A DNA stretch of 64,000 nt from a plasmid, in sequence record NZ_CP118102.1; one strand, given 5' to 3'. Position numbers and translations under genes: made by a program. Of the stretch, positions 56,901-64,000 are shown one piece after another. Position 1 is the stretch's first letter. The number at the start of each line of letters is the position of its first letter. The notes beneath the pieces were generated by a model that worked only from the letters and a program-made list of their open reading frames with translations, did not search any database and was not told where the DNA came from.

Positions 56901-57824
56901 CTAATTTTCTTTTACTTCACAAAAAATCGAGTTATCATGCTGATGTACCCGTGTCTCAAGTTGAATCGTGATGTGCATGATTCCTTTATTTTCAAGCAAA
57001 TGTTCAATCTCACGTAATATTCGCTCACTTTCTCCGACGGTTAGCTGATCATCCACAACAGCATGGCAGGAAAGTGCATTTAGTCCACTAGTTATGGTCC
57101 ATATGTGCAAATCATGTATGCTTTGAATTCCTTCTGTTTTTTCAATTGTCCGAGCCACATCCTCAACATGAACATTACTCGGTGTTCCTTCCATTAAAAT
57201 ATGAACCGCATCTTTAGTAACGTAAAAGCCACTTCTTAAAACAAGTATTGCAACAATAACACTTGCAAGTGGATCTGCCCACCCCCAACCAAAGAACATA
57301 ATGAGTAAAGCAGCAACAATAGCACCAACAGATCCGAGCATATCACTTAGTACATGTAAAAAAGCTCCTCTCATGTTCAGATTTTCTTTTGTATCACCGC
57401 CACGCATCATTATCCATGCAACCAGAATATTAACCAACAATCCAATCGAACTGATAATGAGCATTCCGGTTGTAGCAACTTGAGGGGGATTTGCAAAGCG
57501 ATCAATTGCTTCATAGAAAATAAACAACGCAATTAGAATGAGTGTAGCACCATTCAACACTGCTGCTAAAATTTCAAAGCGTCTATACCCGTAGGTCTTA
57601 CTTCGACTCGCTACTTTTTGACCAAAAATAAAGGCAAGTAATGCAATTGCTAAGGAGATCGAATCGCTCAACATATGTCCTGCATCCGACAAAAGTGCAA
57701 GACTATTTGTAATAAAACCTCCAATAGCTTCAATAATCATGTAACATGTTATCAAAAGAAATGATATCCATAACACCTTTTTATTTGCACCATGTGTATG
57801 GTTGTGATCGTGGTTATGTGACAA
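56901..57824 (-). CDS. czcD: Cation diffusion facilitator (CzcD-type Zn/Co/Cd efflux)
   Basis: His-rich N-terminus MSHNHDHNHTH. CDF signature LSDAGHMLSD...; HVLSDMLGS. Confidence 0.85.
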   Translation of the reverse strand: MSHNHDHNHTHGANKKVLWISFLLITCYMIIEAIGGFITNSLALLSDAGHMLSDSISLAIALLAFIFGQKVASRSKTYGYRRFEILAAVLNGATLILIALFIFYEAIDRFANPPQVATTGMLIISSIGLLVNILVAWIMMRGGDTKENLNMRGAFLHVLSDMLGSVGAIVAALLIMFFGWGWADPLASVIVAILVLRSGFYVTKDAVHILMEGTPSNVHVEDVARTIEKTEGIQSIHDLHIWTITSGLNALSCHAVVDDQLTVGESERILREIEHLLENKGIMHITIQLETRVHQHDNSIFCEVKEN

Positions 57825-58153
57825 TTCAAATCCCTCCTCCTTGTTATGTATTCCGCTCAGATTAAAAAACTATTATGTGCATACTCAATTACTGTTGGCC
57901 ATATTCGTTACGTATTCATGATTGATATTATGCCCTTTCTTTTGTAGAAGAAATATGGTTTTTGATCTACATTATAACTTCTGCAATCGCCTCCCTCTTT
58001 TTTTGATTATCTAACTTTTTCTTTTGTATACCTTTTACTCCACGTTTACATAATGCTTGGTGCTTTTTTACAGTCGAATGATAATCTTCATATTATTGAA
58101 CAAATGAACAAAGATTCATGCATTCATCTGTAAGATTAAGAGGAGGAATTATC

Positions 58154-59512
58154 GTGAAATTATCAAAGAAAGCAATTCCTGCAGCAGCACTTAGCCTGGT
58201 CTTTGCCGCTTCTACAGTCTTGTCTGCCGGACAAGCAAATGCCGTACAGGCTGTCAGTGTAGAGAAAAAACAAATCAAGAATATTATCTTCCTCATAGGT
58301 GACGGCATGGGAACTTCTTATACTTCCGCTTACCGTTATATGAAGAATGATCCTTCTACGAAAGTGATGGAGAGAACCGTATTTGATCCCTACCTTGTCG
58401 GAACTCAAATGACATATCCGGATGACGACACGCAAAACGTGACGGATTCCGCTTCTGCGGCTACCGCAATGTCTGCTGGTGTTAAGACTTATAACGCTGC
58501 CATCGCTGTCGATAATGACGAATCGGAAGTCAAAACCGTATTGGAGCAGGCAAAGGAAAACGGGAAATCCACTGGGCTTGTTGCTACCTCGGAGATTACC
58601 CATGCCACACCGGCTGCATTCGGCGCTCATGACATCAGCCGGAGAAATATGGACGCGATCGCAGATGATTACTATGATGAATTGATCAATGGTGAGCACA
58701 AAGTTGATGTCTTATTAGGTGGAGGTAAATCTAATTTTGTACGTGAGGATCGTGACCTGACAAATGAGTTCCTAGAAGCTGGATTCAGTTATGTGACTGA
58801 TCGCAGCGCCCTGCTCGCAGATACTAATGAGCAGATTCTCGGACTTTTTGCTGACGGAGGAATGGACAAGTTGATCGATCGTACTAGCGAAACACCTTCT
58901 CTAGCCGAAATGACTAATACAGCGATTGATCGTCTGAGCACAAACGAAAATGGTTTTTTCCTAATGGTTGAAGGCAGCCAGATTGACTGGGCAGGCCATG
59001 ATAATGACATCGTTGGCTCTATGAGCGAAATGGAGGATTTTGCGGCAGCATTCCAGGCAGCTATTGATTTTGCTACAGAGAACGGCGAAACCCTTGTCGT
59101 AGCAACTGCAGACCATTCAACTGGCGGACTTACACTCGGAAAAGACGGAGAATATAACTTCTTCGTGGATCCGATCAAAGCTGCAGTACGGACTCCAGAC
59201 TTCATGGCAGCTCGAATTGCGGAAGGTGCTTCCGTAGAAGAAACGCTTAAGAACTATCTAAAGCTTGAGCTAACAGCTGAGGAAATTCAATCTGTAAAAG
59301 ACGTAGCTAAAGACGCAGATGTAACGACAATTGACAATGCCATCGAAACTATTATCGATAACCGTTCGTTCACTGGCTGGACTACAGGCGGACATACGGG
59401 TGAAGACGTGCCAGTCTATGCTTACGGTCCAGGAAGCCATCGCTTCTCCGGCCTGATCGACAATACAAATAACGCAGAGATCATCTTTGATATTTTAAAG
59501 AAACATAAATAA
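58154..59512 (+). CDS. Alkaline phosphatase (PhoA/PhoB family), secreted
   Basis: GTG start after RBS AGGAGGA. Signal peptide. Active-site region FLIGDGMGTSYTSAY and the metal-site His/Asp clusters. Confidence 0.85.
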   Translation: MKLSKKAIPAAALSLVFAASTVLSAGQANAVQAVSVEKKQIKNIIFLIGDGMGTSYTSAYRYMKNDPSTKVMERTVFDPYLVGTQMTYPDDDTQNVTDSASAATAMSAGVKTYNAAIAVDNDESEVKTVLEQAKENGKSTGLVATSEITHATPAAFGAHDISRRNMDAIADDYYDELINGEHKVDVLLGGGKSNFVREDRDLTNEFLEAGFSYVTDRSALLADTNEQILGLFADGGMDKLIDRTSETPSLAEMTNTAIDRLSTNENGFFLMVEGSQIDWAGHDNDIVGSMSEMEDFAAAFQAAIDFATENGETLVVATADHSTGGLTLGKDGEYNFFVDPIKAAVRTPDFMAARIAEGASVEETLKNYLKLELTAEEIQSVKDVAKDADVTTIDNAIETIIDNRSFTGWTTGGHTGEDVPVYAYGPGSHRFSGLIDNTNNAEIIFDILKKHK

Positions 59513-59525
59513 TTAAATACTCATC

Positions 59526-59580
59526 AGAAGCCCATTCTCTTCTATCCATCAGGAATCAGAGAATGGGCTTCTTTTCATTT
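59526..59580 (+). terminator. Rho-independent terminator after the phosphatase gene
   Basis: agaagcccattctct ... agagaatgggcttct then tttcattt. Confidence 0.7.
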
Positions 59581-59742
59581 GCATCATAAAAAGATGCCAC
59601 CTCGTGTCTTTTTATACAAAACATCCTCTCTCTAAGAGTTTATCCTGAAAATAAATTCATTCTCTCTTTGCATGTATTGTACCTGATCTCTAGATTCACC
59701 GACATTGGCCCTTGTGTTGCACTAAAGCCTTCGCTAAGGTCT

Positions 59743-60012
59743 TCAAACAAGGTCTTCAGCTGTTTGGGAAGCAAATCGTAGCCGTCTACATGTTTTTCCT
59801 TTCATGTAGTCCAGTACATAATACTCGAGAAAATTATTGATAGTAATTTCGGAGCGATCTTCCACGAATAGAATCATGAACAATGTACAGCCCGTTAGAG
59901 GAAAGGAAAAAATTTCGTCTGCCGCATCCATAATTAAGAAGCTTAAACCAGTCTGTTTAAGATAATACCCAGTAGCAAAACCAGCTTGTCCCGCTCCTAT
60001 CACTAAAATACA
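59743..60012 (-). pseudogene. Remnant of a czcO-like oxidoreductase (N-terminal ~35 aa recognisable, rest decayed)
   Basis: ...VRCILVIGAGQAGFATGYYLKQTGLSFLIMDAADE matches the N-terminus of the intact czcO-like gene at 52710-53756; similarity is lost after that. Confidence 0.5.
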
Positions 60013-60126
60013 TCGTACATGCGTTAGCCCCTTCACTAAACAATCAAATAATGGTTTGATTGAATAATTATAATATGATATTCTGATAATAATCAAACGG
60101 TTATTTGAGTGAATGGAGGGTATAAC

Positions 60127-60495
60127 ATGAAAGATAGCTGTGAAATTTATTGTTATGACGAACCGAAAGTGCGTAAAGTACAAAATGATTTACAAAAACA
60201 AGACATTCCTACAATGGCGAAGATGTTTAAAGCTCTCGCAGATGAAACACGATTGAAGATTGCCTATGCTTTATGCGAAGAACAGGAACTTTGTGTATGT
60301 GATGTGGCAAATATTACTGGGTCCTCGTTAGCTACTGCATCCCATCATCTGCGCACACTAAAACAACTTGGTTTAGCAAAATATCGAAAAGAAGGAAAGC
60401 TTGCGTTCTATTCATTGGAAGATGATCATGTACGTCAATTAGTTCAACTAGCCTCGATGCATAGCAAGGAGTTGATGAGTCATGCAACAACATGA
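60127..60495 (+). CDS. cadC: Cadmium efflux system accessory/regulatory protein CadC (ArsR family)
   Basis: [12 protein letters not shown] (N-terminal Cys pair) and CVCD metal site. HTH ...[27 protein letters not shown]. Overlaps the cadA start by 14 bp, as in plasmid pI258. Confidence 0.85.
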   Translation: MKDSCEIYCYDEPKVRKVQNDLQKQDIPTMAKMFKALADETRLKIAYALCEEQELCVCDVANITGSSLATASHHLRTLKQLGLAKYRKEGKLAFYSLEDDHVRQLVQLASMHSKELMSHATT

Positions 60496-62611
60496 AGAGG
60501 AAAACAGTGAAAAACAAGTTTTCCGTATACAGGGTTTTACTTGCACTAATTGTGCAGGTAAATTTGAGAATAATGTAAGAAGTCTTCCCGGTGTATCGGA
60601 TGCAAAGGTTAACTTCGGAGCAGCCAAAATAACCGTTTATGGAAATGCTACCGTGGAAGAGTTGGAAAAGGCCGGGTCTTTTGAAAACTTAAAGGTATCA
60701 CCTGAAAAACAAAGAACCGTTGAAAAAAAGGAACCCTTCTGGAAAGAGAATTGGAATGTTATTCTTTCTATAATACTTATGGCTGCCGGCTACTTTTTTT
60801 CCTCTCGCTATGGAGAAGAAGGATTAATTCCTGCTTTAACATTTGGCGCTGCAATAATTATCGGCGGTTATGATCTATTTATAAAAGGAATTAAGAATCT
60901 ATTTCGGTTTCAGTTTGACATGAATACACTTATGACAGTCGCTATTATTGGGGCTGCTGCTATCGGAGAATGGGGCGAAGGTGCTGTAGTTGTAGTCCTT
61001 TTTGCAATAAGTGAGGCGCTTGAGCGCTACTCAATGCAAAAGGCACGCCAATCTATTCGGTCCCTTATGGACATTGCCCCTAAAGAAGCTTTAATTCGAC
61101 GCGGTTCTTCTGAAATAACGGTGAATGTAGATGATATTCAGGTTGGAGATGTAATGATCGTCAAGCCAGGACAAAAGCTTGCTATGGATGGTACTGTCAT
61201 TAAAGGTACTTCGACGCTGAATCAAGCTGCAATTACGGGAGAATCAGTCCCTGTTACAAAAACTATTAATGATGAAGTATTTGCAGGTACGCTAAACGAA
61301 GAAGGCTTACTTGAAGTTAGAGTTACCAAACGAGTTGAAGATACAACTATTTCTAAAATAATTCACCTTGTTGAAGAAGCTCAAGCCGAACGAGCTCCTT
61401 CACAAGCGTTTGTGGACCGTTTCGCTAAATATTATACACCTGCGATAATGGCAATAGCTATTGGTATCGCCATCGTCCCACCTCTGTTTGGTGCTGATTG
61501 GGGAGATTGGATATATCGTGGTTTATCGCTCCTTGTAGTAGGTTGTCCTTGTGCTTTGGTTATTTCCACTCCGATTTCAATTGTCACCGCTATCGGCAAT
61601 GCTGCCAAGAATGGAGTTTTGATCAAGGGTGGTATTCACCTAGAAGAAGTCGGGCGCATTTCAGCTGTAGCCTTTGACAAAACTGGCACCTTGACAAAAG
61701 GATTCCCAGAAGTAACAGATATCGCCCTATTTAACAGGAATGTTGAGAGCGAAGTTCTTTCGATTGCTGCATTAATTGAGAAAGGCTCACAACATCCGCT
61801 TGCCTCTGCTATTGTTCGGAAAGCGGAACAATTGGGTGCTGACCTTTCGCATTCCGTTGATGACTTTCAATCAATTACAGGTAAGGGTGTAAAAGCTTCG
61901 ATTAATGGCCAGCTATACTTTATTGGGAGCCCTAATCTGTTTGAAGAACTTCACTCAAATATTATAGATACGGTACGCAAGCAAATTAGCACGCTGCAGA
62001 CTCAAGGTAAAACTGTTATGGTACTGGGTACAAAGCAAGAAGTGATTGCCTTGATTGCAGTGGCCGATGCCGTTCGTGATTCCAGTAAATCAGTTATAGA
62101 AGAACTGCATTCTATCGGGGTTAAAAAGACGATTATGCTTACTGGGGATAACCAAGCCACAGCTAGAGCAATTGGAAGCCAGTTGGGCGTAGCCGAGGTC
62201 AAGGCAGAACTGTTACCCCAAGACAAGCTTAATTACATTAAAGAACTTCGGAAAAGCTATTCTCATGTAGCGATGGTTGGTGACGGAGTAAATGATGCAC
62301 CTGCACTTGCTGCTTCCACCGTAGGCATTGCCATGGGCGGCGCAGGTACTGATACAGCTCTGGAAACAGCCGACATTGCTTTAATGGCAGATGATTTAAG
62401 AAAACTCCCGTACACAATTCGTCTAAGTAAAAAAACTCTTATGATTATTAAACAAAACGTAGCATTTTCTTTAGGAATCAAGTTGTTAGCATTAGTGCTT
62501 ATTGTACCAGGATGGCTCACCCTATGGCTTGCTATTCTTGCGGATATGGGAGCAACACTGATTGTAACCCTAAACAGTCTAAGACTTCTAAAAGTAAAAA
62601 AAGAAAAATAG
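60482..62611 (+). CDS. cadA: Cadmium-translocating P1B-type ATPase CadA
   Basis: 709 aa. Closely resembles S. aureus pI258 CadA as remembered ([18 protein letters not shown]...[40 protein letters not shown]...[18 protein letters not shown]...[11 protein letters not shown]...[10 protein letters not shown]...[36 protein letters not shown]...). Confidence 0.95.
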   Translation: MQQHEEENSEKQVFRIQGFTCTNCAGKFENNVRSLPGVSDAKVNFGAAKITVYGNATVEELEKAGSFENLKVSPEKQRTVEKKEPFWKENWNVILSIILMAAGYFFSSRYGEEGLIPALTFGAAIIIGGYDLFIKGIKNLFRFQFDMNTLMTVAIIGAAAIGEWGEGAVVVVLFAISEALERYSMQKARQSIRSLMDIAPKEALIRRGSSEITVNVDDIQVGDVMIVKPGQKLAMDGTVIKGTSTLNQAAITGESVPVTKTINDEVFAGTLNEEGLLEVRVTKRVEDTTISKIIHLVEEAQAERAPSQAFVDRFAKYYTPAIMAIAIGIAIVPPLFGADWGDWIYRGLSLLVVGCPCALVISTPISIVTAIGNAAKNGVLIKGGIHLEEVGRISAVAFDKTGTLTKGFPEVTDIALFNRNVESEVLSIAALIEKGSQHPLASAIVRKAEQLGADLSHSVDDFQSITGKGVKASINGQLYFIGSPNLFEELHSNIIDTVRKQISTLQTQGKTVMVLGTKQEVIALIAVADAVRDSSKSVIEELHSIGVKKTIMLTGDNQATARAIGSQLGVAEVKAELLPQDKLNYIKELRKSYSHVAMVGDGVNDAPALAASTVGIAMGGAGTDTALETADIALMADDLRKLPYTIRLSKKTLMIIKQNVAFSLGIKLLALVLIVPGWLTLWLAILADMGATLIVTLNSLRLLKVKKEK

Positions 62612-62618
62612 TATGAAC

Positions 62619-62646
62619 AGACCGTCATGAAAGGCGGTCTTTTTTG
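62619..62646 (+). terminator. Rho-independent terminator of cadA
   Basis: agaccg tcatgaaag cggtct tttttg. Confidence 0.75.
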
Positions 62647-62666
62647 TTTCTACTATACTTCTTTCA

Positions 62667-62684
62667 CATTAAGCTAACCTGCCC
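62667..62684. repeat. Half-site A copy (cattaagctaa + cctgccc) interrupted by group II intron copy 2
   Basis: cattaagctaa|cctgcccgttactag... The intron lies between the two arms of the palindromic A motif. Confidence 0.6.
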
Positions 62685-64000
62685 GTTACTAGAGTAAAGG
62701 GCTGGGTAAACCAGCCCCTCCTCATCAAACCGTACGTGAGGTTTTCCCTCATACGGCTTTCCGATGTTCGTCATTCATGTGCATACAGATTACAAAAGCG
62801 TTTTGAGTCCACATTGACTCGCCATGTTCCTCACTTCTTGGACTGCACTTTGCCACCGAGAACGTTGTCTTTTCTTTGCATACCACTTTGCCAAACGCAG
62901 CACAATGTACCAATCTAACTTCGCCATTTTTCGTTGGCTGTAGGACGTGTGGTAGTAATTGCGCCACCCCTGAATCTTCGGATTCAGCCAACCTATGTGC
63001 TCCGCGAGTGACTTGTGTCTTTGGCTGGACGGAGCTAAGCGCTCTTTTACCACTTCCCGGATGCGTTCCTCCGCTTTACTGCACAGCCACTGCTGCGTGG
63101 TGTAGTACACTCTTCCGGAGGATGTCTCAGCTTTCGTCTTGCGATGATGCATGCCTAGAAAATCAAACCCTTCTTCTCCTGTCCATAATCCTACGATCCG
63201 CGTTTTCGTCGGATGCAAGGTCAGTTCCAGACGCTCCATAATCGCACGTATGAGTGCATACGCCCGATCTGCATCTTTCTTCGTTTTGCATACGACAACG
63301 AAGTCATCCGCGTAACGCGTAAGTTCCCCATTTTCACTGCCATGTCGTTCCCACAGAATATCAAAATAATTCAAATAGATATTCGCTAGCAGGGGGGATA
63401 TCACACCACCTTGTGGTGTACCCAGATCGGATCGCCTGATCTTTCCTTCCTCCATCACTCCCGCGTTCAGCCACTTCCTTACCAGCTTCAGGACGCGCCT
63501 GTCGCTGATTCGCATCTCTACCAGTTTCATCAGTTTCTCTTGGTTGATGTTGTCGAAGTAACCTTGGATGTCGACGTCGACCACCCAATTTCCTTTTCGG
63601 TTGCAGGCTTTTCGGATTCGGTCCAGTGCCCCTTTCGCACTTCGTTTTGGACGGAACCCAAATGAGGATTCCTGAAAGTCCGCTTCAAAGATCGGTTCCA
63701 TGACCAGTTTCGCTGCCATCTGGATGACGCGGTCTCGGACGGTTGGGATGCCCAGCGGTCTTTGCTTCCCGTCTTTCTTCGGAATGTAGTGCCGGCGGAC
63801 GGGCTGTGGATGGTATTTGTTTTCCTTCAAGTGTCGTTGGCATTCGTACAGGAAAAACGCTTCTCCCTTTTCCTCAATATCCGAAAATGTTTCTCCATCG
63901 ACGCCAGCCGATCCTTTGTTAGCTCGTACTCTCCGCCAGGCTTCCTCTAATACATCCATTCGATAGACCTTGTCGTACAACGCGTGGAATCTGCGCTTTT
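62685..64000 (-). mobile_element. Group II intron copy 2 (identical to copy 1 over about 1.3 kb; 5' part lies beyond window end)
   Basis: ORF translations are identical to copy 1 at an offset of 24925 nt. 3' boundary ...tagtaac|gggcaggttagcttaatg, inserted about 40 nt after the cadA terminator. Confidence 0.85.
62790..64000 (-). CDS. Group II intron reverse transcriptase/maturase (partial; N-terminus beyond window end)
   Basis: Identical to residues 46-441 of the copy-1 RT. Confidence 0.9.
   Translation of the reverse strand, partial: KRRFHALYDKVYRMDVLEEAWRRVRANKGSAGVDGETFSDIEEKGEAFFLYECQRHLKENKYHPQPVRRHYIPKKDGKQRPLGIPTVRDRVIQMAAKLVMEPIFEADFQESSFGFRPKRSAKGALDRIRKACNRKGNWVVDVDIQGYFDNINQEKLMKLVEMRISDRRVLKLVRKWLNAGVMEEGKIRRSDLGTPQGGVISPLLANIYLNYFDILWERHGSENGELTRYADDFVVVCKTKKDADRAYALIRAIMERLELTLHPTKTRIVGLWTGEEGFDFLGMHHRKTKAETSSGRVYYTTQQWLCSKAEERIREVVKERLAPSSQRHKSLAEHIGWLNPKIQGWRNYYHTSYSQRKMAKLDWYIVLRLAKWYAKKRQRSRWQSAVQEVRNMASQCGLKTLL

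Noticed and set aside
19192-64000. Prophage
   Set aside because: No capsid, terminase, portal, tail or lysis genes were recognised. Content is defense, metal-resistance and IS/intron cargo, which is more consistent with a genomic island or ICE-like element than a phage.
1-64000. tRNA/rRNA genes
   Set aside because: No cloverleaf-compatible 70-90-nt segments or rRNA-like conserved stretches were noticed by eye. A tRNAscan or Infernal run would be needed to be certain.

Overview
The window is a two-part mosaic. Positions 1-19191 are high-GC (about 65-68%) and look like Paenibacillaceae chromosome. From about 19192 to the window end (at least 44.8 kb) the sequence is low-GC (about 35-38%) and looks like Bacillus-type accessory DNA. 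The break falls exactly where a ctaB-like heme O synthase gene is cut short after roughly 139 codons.

High-GC part: a minus-strand four-gene operon (KAS III, ATP-grasp ligase, NAD-dependent epimerase, metallo-beta-lactamase-fold hydrolase) that looks like a small-molecule biosynthetic module; an amidase; a nine-unit 51-bp tandem repeat that stays open in three frames; a frameshifted alpha/beta hydrolase; an AraC regulator upstream of a predicted catabolic cluster (TIM-barrel isomerase, Gfo/Idh/MocA dehydrogenase, 743-aa FAD oxidoreductase, polar amino acid ABC transporter, LLM monooxygenase); a divergent TetR-MFS pair.

Low-GC part, the most striking item: a tightly coupled four-gene operon at 20408-23786 encoding a candidate ubiquitin-like protein, an E2-like protein, a JAB/JAMM metalloprotease and a ThiF/E1-like enzyme. 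Gene order matches Bil-type bacterial ubiquitin-like conjugation antiphage systems. It is followed by defense-island-like neighbours (PAPS-reductase-family PP-loop protein, HicB-like, XRE regulator, tyrosine recombinase).

Further right: a hotspot of about 95-bp composite palindromic repeats (roughly nine copies) flanking small gene cassettes; IS200, IS30 and IS3 remnants; two identical copies of a bacterial group II intron inserted into those repeats or next to terminators; a metal-resistance and redox island (copC-copD, two CadA-type P1B ATPases each with a CadC/ArsR regulator in inverted duplicate arrangement, czcD, czcO plus a czcO remnant, bdbC/bdbD-like disulfide genes, ctaG, alkaline phosphatase, BlaI/M56 pair, M23 peptidase, metzincins).

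No rRNA, tRNA or CRISPR array was recognised. All calls come from reading the sequence and motif recall; no database search was possible.
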